Both the position numbers and the translations under genes were made by a program. From an uncultured delta proteobacterium (GTDB lineage: Bacteria; Desulfobacterota; Desulfobaccia; Desulfobaccales; 0-14-0-80-60-11): a stretch of 64,000 bases of DNA. A model generated the notes under the pieces. It saw nothing but the letters and a program-made list of their open reading frames with translations, was not told where the DNA came from and ran no database searches. Every line of letters starts with the position of its first letter. Position 1 is the first letter of the stretch. Below, one piece after another: positions 18,942 to 28,417 of the stretch. Where the stretch lies: the NCBI GenBank assembly GCA_963812015.1, contig CAWETI010000002.1, positions 160,001-224,000 on the forward strand, in the 5' to 3' direction.

Positions 18942-20093
18942 GTGTTAAAATTCACCTGGCGCAATACCGTCCGGCACCCTCTCCGGGCCACCCTCACCAT
19001 CCTGGGGATGGCGGTGGCGGTGCTGGCCTTCTGTCTGCTGCGCACCGTGGTGGCGGCCTGGTATTCCGGGGTGACCGCCGCCTCCCCGACCCGCCTGATA
19101 ACCCGCAACGCCATCTCTTTTATCAATCCCCTGCCCATGGCCTATCTGCCCAAGATCCAGGCCGTGCCCGGCATCACCAATGTGGCTTATTGCAACTGGT
19201 TCGGCGGCATCTATATTGACGAACGGCACTTCTTCCCCACGTTCGCCGTGAATGCGCGCCGCTATCTCCCTATCTATCCGGAGTATGTCCTGCCCGAGGA
19301 CCAAAAACTGGCGTTTATTCAGGATCGCCGGGGGGTCGCGGTGGGCCGGACCCTGGCGGCCCGGTACGGCTGGAAGATGGGGGACCCCATCGTCCTCAAA
19401 GGCAATATCTATCCAGGGGAGTGGCAGTTCATCATCCGGGCCATTTATACCGGCGCCGAACCTACCACCGACGAGTCCCGGTTTTTGCTCCATTGGGATT
19501 ATCTGAATGAGAGCCTGAAGAAGAGCGCCCCCAGCCGGGCCGATAGCGTGGGCTGGTACGTCATCAAGGTGGCCCGGCCGGAGTTGGCCCCCCTGGTGGC
19601 GGACCAGGTGGATGCCCTGTTTAAAAACAGCCTGGCCGAGACCCTGACCGAGACGGAAAAAGCCTTTTTCCTGGGCTTCGTCTCCATGACCTCAGCCATT
19701 CTCCTGGCCATCCAGGTGGTGTCCTGGGTGGTCATCGGGGTGATCCTGATGGTGCTGGCCAACACCATGGCCATGACCGCCCGGGAGCGCCAGGGGGAAT
19801 ATGCCGTCCTCAAGACCATGGGGTTCAAAGCCCGGCACCTGGTGGGCCTCATTTTGGGGGAATCCCTGATCCTGGCCCTGGCCGGGGGCCTGGTGGGGGA
19901 GGCCCTGACCTTCCCGGCGGTGCATTTCTTCAAGACCACTCTGGGGCAATATTTCCGGGTCTTTCCCCTCACCCGGGCCACCCTGGCCCTGGGGCTGGCG
20001 GTGGCCCTGCTGGTGGGCTTTCTGGCGGCGTTGCTGCCGTCCTGGCGGGCTGCCCGGGTGAGCATCGCCGAGGCGCTACGGAAAGTTGGCTGA
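18942..20093 (+). CDS. ABC exporter permease (MacB/FtsX family), subunit 1
   Basis: RNTVRHPLRATLT, periplasmic domain, ER..EYAVLKTMGF, PSWRAARVSIAEALR. Confidence 0.9.
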   Translation: MLKFTWRNTVRHPLRATLTILGMAVAVLAFCLLRTVVAAWYSGVTAASPTRLITRNAISFINPLPMAYLPKIQAVPGITNVAYCNWFGGIYIDERHFFPTFAVNARRYLPIYPEYVLPEDQKLAFIQDRRGVAVGRTLAARYGWKMGDPIVLKGNIYPGEWQFIIRAIYTGAEPTTDESRFLLHWDYLNESLKKSAPSRADSVGWYVIKVARPELAPLVADQVDALFKNSLAETLTETEKAFFLGFVSMTSAILLAIQVVSWVVIGVILMVLANTMAMTARERQGEYAVLKTMGFKARHLVGLILGESLILALAGGLVGEALTFPAVHFFKTTLGQYFRVFPLTRATLALGLAVALLVGFLAALLPSWRAARVSIAEALRKVG

Positions 20094-20267
20094 GTTCTTT
20101 AATTAAATTGAATAATTGACCTTGGCAGCTCAGGTTTTTATTTTCAAGACCTTGACAGAGAAATAATGTTGTAAAATTGGCAAACATCTTTATAAATGCT
20201 TATTAAAAGGTGCGAGAGGAAATTTTAATCTGCTGGAACACCCATCTCTTGGGGAGAGGATCAAGAC

Positions 20268-21623
20268 ATGGCTAAGGACAAGAAATATATCGTAACCGCC
20301 AGCAGTGAGCTCAATATCCGCTCCGGTCCGGGAACCGATTACGAGAGCGTGGGAACCGTGCCACACGGGGAGAAGATCATATCTCCCGACACCGAGGGTT
20401 GGGTGCCCATTCTTTTGGAAGACGACACCATCGGGTGGGTATCCGCTGACTATCTTCAGGAGGCCCCGGCAGGGGAGCCCGAGCCGGAACCGGAGATAGG
20501 TGCACCCAAAGTCCCCCAGGTCGGTTTTCCCATCTTTCAAAAGGACCTGACCGATACTTTTGGAATCCCCGACTACCAACAGTTTGCCCGGAAAAATCTG
20601 ACCACGATTGACCTGAGCGAGTTTGCCGGCCCCCTGGCTCATGTGCGGAGCTTTGACGGCAAGCCCTTCACCTCAATTTATGGCCATAAGCTCCTGGCAG
20701 GGCCGCTCAAAATGGCCCTGCGTCTAATCTGTGAACGGGGTCTGGCCTGGGAATTGAAGACCTATGACGGCTGTTTTAACATCCGCCCGATGAAATCCGG
20801 TAGCTCCCCTTCGGTGCATTCCTGGGGATTGGCCCTGGATTTTAATTGTGCCACGAACCCTTTTCAATCTGAAAATTCTCGGACCTGGCCGGATTTGGTT
20901 ACCGATTTCTCGGATGACTTTATCAAGTGTTTCGCAGAGGCCGGCTTTGAATGGGGCGGCCTCTGGACCTCGGTCCATGATGCCATGCATTTCCAGTTGC
21001 CCTGGACCCAGGATTGGCGGGAATCATCGGCACCATTGCGGCCTAAGGTTTATTCCCAGGAGGCGCCGGCGGCAGAGGAACCTAAACCGGAAAAGACCCC
21101 TTCGGTTCCTGGTGAGTTCGATTTTTCCACCAAGGACGGCACGATCGCCGCGATCAAAGCCGAGTGCCAAAAACAAGGCATTGGCCTGCCCCCCCAGAGC
21201 GCCTACGTTCTGGCCACGGTGGATTGGGAGACGGGCCATACCTTCAAGCCAATCCCAGAGGAGGGGCCGGACTCCTACTTTGACAGATATGAGGGGCGTG
21301 AGGACTTGGGAAATGTCCAACCGGGAGAAGGCCTGCGTTTTAAGGGCCGGGGCTTCGTGCAAATCACCGGCAGGGATAACTACCAGCATTATGCAAGGCT
21401 CCTGGGTATCGACTTGGTGAACCACCCTGACCTGGCCCTGGAGCCCCAAAACGCCTTGTTCATCCTGGTGGATGGGTTCAAGACCGGGGCATTCACCGGC
21501 AAAAAGATTACCGATTATATCAACGCCGGAGAGACCGATTTCATTAATGCCCGGCGCTGTATCAATGCTTTAGACAAGGCTGAGGAAATCGCCGCAATTG
21601 CGGAGAAATTCCTTAAGGCCTGA
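20268..21623 (+). CDS. Multidomain peptidoglycan hydrolase: SH3b + M15 peptidase + GH19-like glycosidase
   Basis: LNIRSGPGTDY...GWVSADYL (SH3b); FNIR...SVHSWGLALD...WGG..DAMHFQ (M15); AYVLATVDWET...FKGRGFVQITGRDNY...ARRCIN (GH19). No signal peptide. Confidence 0.88.
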   Translation: MAKDKKYIVTASSELNIRSGPGTDYESVGTVPHGEKIISPDTEGWVPILLEDDTIGWVSADYLQEAPAGEPEPEPEIGAPKVPQVGFPIFQKDLTDTFGIPDYQQFARKNLTTIDLSEFAGPLAHVRSFDGKPFTSIYGHKLLAGPLKMALRLICERGLAWELKTYDGCFNIRPMKSGSSPSVHSWGLALDFNCATNPFQSENSRTWPDLVTDFSDDFIKCFAEAGFEWGGLWTSVHDAMHFQLPWTQDWRESSAPLRPKVYSQEAPAAEEPKPEKTPSVPGEFDFSTKDGTIAAIKAECQKQGIGLPPQSAYVLATVDWETGHTFKPIPEEGPDSYFDRYEGREDLGNVQPGEGLRFKGRGFVQITGRDNYQHYARLLGIDLVNHPDLALEPQNALFILVDGFKTGAFTGKKITDYINAGETDFINARRCINALDKAEEIAAIAEKFLKA

Positions 21624-21740
21624 TAGACTGGCTGCGTAAATTCTTCTCGGCCGACCATGCGGAGATTGACCTCAAGCCCGGGTTGTCGGCCGGGGCCTGT
21701 ATCATAATCAATCCAGTTACCAGATCACTGTTGAACCCTA

Positions 21741-22895
21741 TTGCCCATTCCGATTTCCTATAGCTACCGCAACCTCCTGGCCCGGCGGCTGACCACGTTC
21801 TTGACCGCCGGAGGCATGGCCCTGGTGGTGTTCGTCTTTGCGGCGGTGCTCATGCTTTCCGAGGGCTTGCGGCGCACCCTGGTGGCCACCGGCTCCTTTG
21901 ACAACGTGGTGGTGCTCCGGGCCGGCTCCGAGTCCGAGGTCCAGAGCGCCGTGGACTGTACCCAGGCCGGGATCATCAATGCCCAGCCCGAAGTGGCCCT
22001 GGACCAGGAGGGCCGCCGCCTGGTGGCGGACGAGGCCATCGTGCTCATCAACCTGCCCAAGCGGGGCAGCGGCATGCCGGGCAATGTCATCATCCGGGGG
22101 GTGCAGTCGCTGTCGCCGGAGTTAAGGCGGGAGGTGCGCCTGGGCGCCGGACGGTTCCTGAAGCCCGGCTCCACCGAAATCGTGGCCGGGGCCCAGATCG
22201 CCCGGCGGTTTCAAGGGGCGGGGCTGGGGGAGACCCTGCGCTTCGCCATGCGTCAGTGGCAGGTGGTGGGTATTCTGGAGGCGGGCAACACCGGCTTTTC
22301 CTCCGAGCTCTGGGGCGACGTGGAAACTCTCCTCGCCGCCTTCCGGCGCACGGGGTTTTCCTCGGTGACCCTGCGCCTCAGGGAACCCGGGGCCTTCGAC
22401 GCCCTCAAGACCCGCCTGGAGAGCGACCCCCGCCTGCCGGTGCAGGTGCTCCGGGAGGTGGAATTCTACGAAAACCAGTCCCGACGCCTGGCCACCTTCA
22501 TCCGCCTCCTGGGGCTGGTGCTCACCGGCATCTTCGGCCTGGGGGCCATGGTCACCATGTACGCCCAGGTGGGGGCCCGGGTCTCGGAGATCGGCACCCT
22601 CCGGGCCCTGGGGTTCAAGCGACATCACATCCTGGCCGCTTTTCTGCTGGAGTCCATGTTTCTGGGGTTTCTGGGCTGGCTTCTGGGCCTGGCGCCGGCC
22701 TCCCTCCTCAACTTCTTTACGCTCTCCACCATCAACTGGTCCAGCTTCGCCGAACTCACCTTCAAGTTCGCCCTGACCCCGGGGATCGTGCTCAAAAGCC
22801 TGCTCTTCGGGGTGGGCATGGGCCTGGTGGGGGGCTTTCTCCCCTCCCTCAAGGCGGCCCGCCTGCCCCTGCTGGAAGCCCTGCGGGCGGCTTAA
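21741..22895 (+). CDS. ABC exporter permease (MacB/FtsX family), subunit 2
   Basis: YSYRNLLARRLTT, SEVQS, SELWGD, EIGTLRALGF, GGFLPSLKAARLPLLEALRAA. Confidence 0.9.
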   Translation: MPIPISYSYRNLLARRLTTFLTAGGMALVVFVFAAVLMLSEGLRRTLVATGSFDNVVVLRAGSESEVQSAVDCTQAGIINAQPEVALDQEGRRLVADEAIVLINLPKRGSGMPGNVIIRGVQSLSPELRREVRLGAGRFLKPGSTEIVAGAQIARRFQGAGLGETLRFAMRQWQVVGILEAGNTGFSSELWGDVETLLAAFRRTGFSSVTLRLREPGAFDALKTRLESDPRLPVQVLREVEFYENQSRRLATFIRLLGLVLTGIFGLGAMVTMYAQVGARVSEIGTLRALGFKRHHILAAFLLESMFLGFLGWLLGLAPASLLNFFTLSTINWSSFAELTFKFALTPGIVLKSLLFGVGMGLVGGFLPSLKAARLPLLEALRAA

Positions 22896-22999
22896 GGTAT
22901 CGACGGGAGGAGACAGGTAACTCCCGCTCCTACGCCTCATTCCTGGCCCAAATCTAGACTTAATAAAAAAGGCGGCCCGGGCCTCCCCGGGGACGCGGG

Positions 23000-23590
23000 T
23001 CACGGCTCGACTTTGTCGGCAAAGCCGCTGGGGGAGGTCTTTTTCAAGCCCGGGGGCAGGTTGAACAGCCGGTCGGGGACCTTTTCCTCTTTGATGCTCT
23101 TGTATTCCAGGGAAAAATGCCGCTCGCGGCATTCCATCTTGATGGGGAGATCCAATTTAGACGCCACCCAGAAGGTCTGTCTTTCCCGGCCGCCACCCAC
23201 GGGCACGCTGACCTCATACTTTTCGGTGTCGTAGCCGTTCAGCGGTTCTTTGCCCACCAGGCGCTTTTCCAGAGCCGAGAGGGGCATCTGGATGAACTGC
23301 CCGGGCAGCTTTTTCGTAAAGGGCATCTCCATGTAGATCCCCTCCCGGGGGAGGATCACCCAGACCACTTTCAGGTCCGAGCGCACGATAGTAATGGTCT
23401 GCCCCCTCTCATCCACAAATTCCTGGCGCATTTTGCCATCCTGGACATAAATCTTCCCCGGCATGACTTTGGCGTCATCCTTGACCATCATCTGGGCGGA
23501 AAACTCCGCCCCCCCAGCCAGGCCCGGGACCAGCGCCAGCCAACACCAGAGTCCCAGCAGGGTTCCAACGGTCTTTCTGGATCGTTCCAT
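23000..23590 (-). CDS. Secreted DUF4412-like (LolA-fold-like) protein
   Basis: ATG 23590 with ggagg SD; signal peptide then AEFSAQM, GKIY, GKEPLNGYDTEKY, LFNLPPG. Confidence 0.8.
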   Translation of the reverse strand: MERSRKTVGTLLGLWCWLALVPGLAGGAEFSAQMMVKDDAKVMPGKIYVQDGKMRQEFVDERGQTITIVRSDLKVVWVILPREGIYMEMPFTKKLPGQFIQMPLSALEKRLVGKEPLNGYDTEKYEVSVPVGGGRERQTFWVASKLDLPIKMECRERHFSLEYKSIKEEKVPDRLFNLPPGLKKTSPSGFADKVEP

Positions 23591-23782
23591 AACTGCACCT
23601 CCACCTGGAGCGATTGCTTGAGGATTAGATGCTGATGCCGGGCTGCAGGTTAAGCACATGGCGGCTCGCTCCCTGCCGGGGCGCAAGGTATGGCCCCGCC
23701 GGGGCGGAATACCTCACGACCCGACCAGAAGCACATACTCCCTGGAAGGCAACTGCGGAGTATGGAACCGGCGGCGCCGGTC

Positions 23783-24490
23783 TCAAATTTCCCGGCTAAT
23801 GCCGATCCCCTGGCCGGTGAGTTGATAGTATTCCTCCCCGGCGCAGGCCAGGCAGACCTTCTGGCCGGCCTGCACCCGGATGCGGGGTTCCATCACCCCC
23901 TCACCGCAACGGGCGCATACCTCCGTGGCAAAAATCGGGGCATAGGTCGGCATGTGGATGGTGAGGGTCTCGATCAGGAACTGCTCCGCCAGGTCCACCT
24001 CTTCCAACTCCCGCCGGGCCACGGCCCCCCACAGGTGGTGGAAGCGGTGGTGGTCCTCGGCGTTCCCCTGGCGCTGCACCACCACTTTCTCAAACAACGG
24101 CCCCGCGGCCGGATAGCGGGCAAACATGCGCTCCCGGAAATCGGCCTGCACCACCAGGCGCACCGCGGAGCCGTCATGGCGCCGGGCCACGGTGACCGCG
24201 GTCTTGCCCAGGTCTTTATAAATCAGGCCGTTGTTGCCGAAGGTGCAGCCGGTCACCGCCTGGATGCCGTCGGTGAAGCAGTTGTTGCACTCCACGATGG
24301 CCACCACCTCCTCCATGCCGGTGTTCTCCTGGTCCAGGTAGGCCATGGCGTACTGCCCGGCCTTGACCCCCAGGGTGAGGCCGGGACAGAGGTGCCCGTG
24401 CAGGATCTCGGCATGGCGCAACAACCCTTGCAGGTCCTTACTGCGAATCATGGTTTCCACGGCCTGACGGGCCGACGCGTGTTCGTGCAT
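23783..24490 (-). CDS. FmdE-family protein with C-terminal zinc finger
   Basis: HGHLCPG, ECNNCFTDGIQ, GCTFGN, CARCGEGVME...CLAC. Confidence 0.88.
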   Translation of the reverse strand: MHEHASARQAVETMIRSKDLQGLLRHAEILHGHLCPGLTLGVKAGQYAMAYLDQENTGMEEVVAIVECNNCFTDGIQAVTGCTFGNNGLIYKDLGKTAVTVARRHDGSAVRLVVQADFRERMFARYPAAGPLFEKVVVQRQGNAEDHHRFHHLWGAVARRELEEVDLAEQFLIETLTIHMPTYAPIFATEVCARCGEGVMEPRIRVQAGQKVCLACAGEEYYQLTGQGIGISREI

Positions 24491-24584
24491 GAAGGCGGTC
24501 CTCTCTTTAGGCAGTAATTTGGGGGAAAGGGGCCAGGGGCTTTTTCGTCAGTGGCCCCCTACCCTCAACGCCTCTTGCTTCACT

Positions 24585-26384
24585 TTACCAGATAATCCGC
24601 ACTCCCCCCAGGTCTTGAATGGAAAAGCTCTGGGTATACGTCAACGAGCCCATGAACATCATGTTGTGAGGGATGTCCAATTCCCGGGACAGGGCGTCCA
24701 CGGTCGCAGGGTTGAACTGGCCTTTCCGGGCCTGGTACTCGATTTTCAGGTCCGGATGCAATTCCCGGATGATTCCCAGGTTTCGGTGAATGTTTAATTC
24801 AGCCGTGGGGTCGTCTTCGGTGTAGAGACGGAAAATTAAGACATTCTGACAGTCTTCATTGCGGCTCAAGTAATTGAAGGCCTTGATCATGCGGTTCAGG
24901 CTGCCCAGACCCACGAACACCACGGCCCGGATATTGGCGATCGCCGCGATTTTCTTTTCCACCCCTAGCCGCCAATTCGAAAAGCGCGTCAGGACCCGGT
25001 CGATGAGGGTCAGAATCCATTTGAGGATGGGGATGCGCATGTACATGGCGATGCCGCCCAGCACCGCGGGGATGAAGTAGATGGCAAAATACCCCAGGAA
25101 GACGAAATTGATGGCCAGGTTTCCCAGGATTCCCAGGGAGGTGGCGATCACTCCAAGGATAACCACCACCCACCCGGCCCTGTAGGTGCGCTTCAATTCG
25201 GGCCGGTTGACCTTGAGCAAAATATTGCCGATGCCGAACAGGGTCATGACCCCGAGGAAGGAGATGGTGTAAACCCCCGCCAGGGACAAGAGCTCCCCCT
25301 TGGTGAGGTAGAGGATGGAGATGCACAGGATCATGAACCCCACGATGATCAGGGGAAAGCTGCCCCGCCGGGTCTGCTTGAGGAGGAACTGGGGAAAACA
25401 CTGGTCCAGGGTCATGCGGTGCACCAGGCCGCTCACGCCCACGTAACTGGTGAGCACCGCGCCGGAGAGCACCAGGAAGGCGTCCACCACGATGAGGGTG
25501 TGCAGTGGTTCGCCGCCCACCATCAACCCCATGCGGCTCACCAGGTCGTTCTGGGCCCCGACGATCTCCGGCACCGGCAGGAGCCCCAGGGCCAGCAGCG
25601 CGATGAGGGGATTAAAAATGGCCACCGCCAGCCACATGTTGCGCAGGGTAAGGCGGAACACCCCGGGCCGCTGCTGCTCCACGTAATTGGCGGAGCTCTC
25701 GAAGCCGCTCACCCCCAGCATGGCCGCGGAAAAACCCAGGAACAGGGCCTTGGGCCAATAGACTTCCTGGTGCAGGAGAGAGAAATTGGACCACCACAGG
25801 GTGGTGAGATTGGTGGTGGAAAAAATCCAGACGACGAACAGGCTCAGGGTCACCAGGTGAAGAATAAAAATAGCCAGGGCCACCCGGGCCGAATCCGTGA
25901 TTCCCAGGATGGTCAGCCCCGCGAAGACCAGGAGCACCACTGCCGTGGCCTCCATGGACGGCAGGATCGGCACCAGGGTTTTTAGATATTCCACCGCGGT
26001 CTTGGCCGAGATTACCGCGGTGGCCAGGTAGGATAGCAGGGTAAGGCAGGCGGCGAAGGAGGCGTCGAACTTCCGGGTGCAGTTGAGCAGGCAGTTGTAG
26101 GCGCCGCCGTCCAGGGGCAGGGCCTCCACCACCTCGGTATAGATCCGGCGATAGAGGTAGAGCACCCCGGCGGCCAGGAGCAGGGCCAGGGGCGCCAGGG
26201 CGTGGGCATAGACGATGGCGATGGCCGACACATAGAGGCAGGAGGAGGTAATGTCATTGCCGCAGATGGCCGTGGCATACCAGGGGCCCAGGCGTTCCTT
26301 TTTCTTGACCGCCCCTTCCAGGAGCTCCTCCGGGGTAGGTCCTCTTTGGTTAATTGTGAAGCCTGCTGAAGAATCCTCGCTCAT
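24585..26384 (-). CDS. APC-superfamily permease with C-terminal soluble domain (possible KimA-like K+ transporter)
   Basis: About 12 TMs; GNDITSSCLY, GGAY, SGFESSAN; ~120-aa cytoplasmic tail. Confidence 0.85.
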   Translation of the reverse strand: MSEDSSAGFTINQRGPTPEELLEGAVKKKERLGPWYATAICGNDITSSCLYVSAIAIVYAHALAPLALLLAAGVLYLYRRIYTEVVEALPLDGGAYNCLLNCTRKFDASFAACLTLLSYLATAVISAKTAVEYLKTLVPILPSMEATAVVLLVFAGLTILGITDSARVALAIFILHLVTLSLFVVWIFSTTNLTTLWWSNFSLLHQEVYWPKALFLGFSAAMLGVSGFESSANYVEQQRPGVFRLTLRNMWLAVAIFNPLIALLALGLLPVPEIVGAQNDLVSRMGLMVGGEPLHTLIVVDAFLVLSGAVLTSYVGVSGLVHRMTLDQCFPQFLLKQTRRGSFPLIIVGFMILCISILYLTKGELLSLAGVYTISFLGVMTLFGIGNILLKVNRPELKRTYRAGWVVVILGVIATSLGILGNLAINFVFLGYFAIYFIPAVLGGIAMYMRIPILKWILTLIDRVLTRFSNWRLGVEKKIAAIANIRAVVFVGLGSLNRMIKAFNYLSRNEDCQNVLIFRLYTEDDPTAELNIHRNLGIIRELHPDLKIEYQARKGQFNPATVDALSRELDIPHNMMFMGSLTYTQSFSIQDLGGVRIIW

Positions 26385-26501
26385 GTGGCTTTATCCCGTT
26401 GAATTATTCTGTGGGTATCGCTGGTAACTTTATCATCTTTGGGGGTGGTCACCGGAAAAAACCGGATGATGAACTAACCGGAAGCCGATAGCGCCTTAAC
26501 G

Positions 26502-28370
26502 TCAAAACTCCATCTGCACCCCGATTTCCAGGACCTGGGCCGGCGGGATGCCCAAATAGGTCGACCCGCTCACCGCGTTCCGGAGCATAAACGTGAACAA
26601 AAACCTGCGCCATCGGGGCAGGCTTCTCTGGCGCGCCGGCACCAGGGAAATCCGGCCCAGGTAATAGGTGATGTTGTCAAGGTCGATGTCCAGGCCTTGT
26701 CGCCGGGCTTGGGACAATACTTGCGGCACATCCGGGGTTTCCATGAACCCGGTATGGACGGTCAGCCGGTACACCCCGTGTCCCATTGCTATGGTTTCAA
26801 ACCGCTGCGACTCCTCGACTTCCGGGACATCGGCGGTTAGGACCGAGAGGATCACCAACCGCTCGGGCAAAGCGCTGGTCTGGGTGAGGAAGCGGAGCAG
26901 CATGGGCGGCACTTCCTTGTGGAAGGTGGAGAGAAATATCCCGGTGCCGGGAGAGCGTAGCGGTTTTTCGGCCGCCACCCTTTCGATGAACTTGTCACTG
27001 GACATGGTCATGCCCATCACCTTCAGGGCCAGCCTCTTCCAGCCATCCCACCAGGTGACCATCACGAACACGATAACCAGGGCGATGGCCAGAGGAAACC
27101 AGCCGCCGGTGGTGATTTTTCCCAGGCAGGCCCCGAAGTAGGTCAGGTCCAGGCCCCAAAACAACAGGCAGAGGGGCACGGTTTTTACCAGACTCCAGCC
27201 CCAGATTCGCCGGGTGATGAAATAAAACACCACCGAGGTGATGAACATGGTGCCGGTAACCGCGATGCCGTAAGCATCGGCCAGATTATCCGAGGCCTTG
27301 AAGTAAAGGGTAAGGGCGATGGCGGCCAACAGCATCATCAGGTTGACGTCCGGGGCGTACACCTGCCCTTCGGCCATTTTAGAGGTGTGCAGGACCCGCA
27401 TGCGCGGCAGGAAACCCAGTTGAATGGCCTGCCGGGTCAAGGAAAAGACGCCGGAAATAATCGCCTGGGAGGCGATGATGGTGGCCAGCGTGGCGAGCCC
27501 CACCATGGGATAAAGCAGGCTGTGGGGGACCAGATGGTAAAAGGAATCGGTGGCGGTTTTGGGATCTTGCAAAACCAGGGCGCCCTGGCCGAAGTAGTTG
27601 CAGAGGAGAGCCGGCAACGCCACCAGATACCAGGAGATGCGGATGGACTTCACCCCGAAATGCCCCATGTCCGCATAGAGGGCTTCGCAGCCGGTGATGC
27701 AGAGCACTACGGCCCCCAGGATGAAAAAGCCGTGCAAACCGTTATGGAGGAAAAATTGCTCGGCGTGCACCGGATTGACCGCGGTCAGAATCTCGGGGTT
27801 TTTGGCAATGGCCATGAGGCCGAGCCAGGCAATGACCCCGAACCAGACAATCATGACGGGCCCGAACAGTTTGCCCATGAAGCCGGTGCCATGGCTTTGG
27901 GCCGCAAACAGGAGAAACAGGACCACGCAGGTCAAGGGCAGGACCAGGGGCTTGGCCTGGGTGGTGGCCACTTCCAGCCCCTCCAGGGCGGAGAGGACGG
28001 AAATGACCGGGGTGATGAGGCCATCCCCGTAGAGCAGGGCGGAGCCGAAGAGCCCCCCCAGGACCAGTCCCCGGCTCAAGCCGGGGCCCAGGTTTTTATG
28101 GAGCGAGGCCAGCATGGCGAAGACACCGCCTTCGCCTGCGTCGTCGGCGCGCATGATGAAAAGGGCGTACTTGAAGCTGACCACCAACATCAATGACCAA
28201 AAAATCAGGGAAACCACCCCGAGGACGTTTGCGGGCGAAGGGGTAATGGAGGATTGGCCGGAAAAGCATACCTTGATGGCATACAGGGGGCTGGTGCCGA
28301 TGTCGCCGAAGACAACTCCCAGGGCGCCGATCACCAGGATATGGGTTTTTTCTTTGAGCTTGTGGCTCAT
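26502..28370 (-). CDS. kup: KUP/HAK/KT potassium transporter
   Basis: GVVFGDIGTSPLY, GEGG, YGDGLITP, TGCEALYADMGHF, AYGIAVT, GFMETPDVP. Confidence 0.95.
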   Translation of the reverse strand: MSHKLKEKTHILVIGALGVVFGDIGTSPLYAIKVCFSGQSSITPSPANVLGVVSLIFWSLMLVVSFKYALFIMRADDAGEGGVFAMLASLHKNLGPGLSRGLVLGGLFGSALLYGDGLITPVISVLSALEGLEVATTQAKPLVLPLTCVVLFLLFAAQSHGTGFMGKLFGPVMIVWFGVIAWLGLMAIAKNPEILTAVNPVHAEQFFLHNGLHGFFILGAVVLCITGCEALYADMGHFGVKSIRISWYLVALPALLCNYFGQGALVLQDPKTATDSFYHLVPHSLLYPMVGLATLATIIASQAIISGVFSLTRQAIQLGFLPRMRVLHTSKMAEGQVYAPDVNLMMLLAAIALTLYFKASDNLADAYGIAVTGTMFITSVVFYFITRRIWGWSLVKTVPLCLLFWGLDLTYFGACLGKITTGGWFPLAIALVIVFVMVTWWDGWKRLALKVMGMTMSSDKFIERVAAEKPLRSPGTGIFLSTFHKEVPPMLLRFLTQTSALPERLVILSVLTADVPEVEESQRFETIAMGHGVYRLTVHTGFMETPDVPQVLSQARRQGLDIDLDNITYYLGRISLVPARQRSLPRWRRFLFTFMLRNAVSGSTYLGIPPAQVLEIGVQMEF

Positions 28371-28417
28371 GCGGTGCTATTCCTTGGCGGGCTCATAAAC
28401 CGCGTCACAACCCACGA

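Noticed and set aside
21638..21658. Similarity to the tRNA-Pro 3' end (…CCGACCAT) as a possible attR
   Set aside because: Only 8 contiguous identities, no integrase, and the intervening genes look native.
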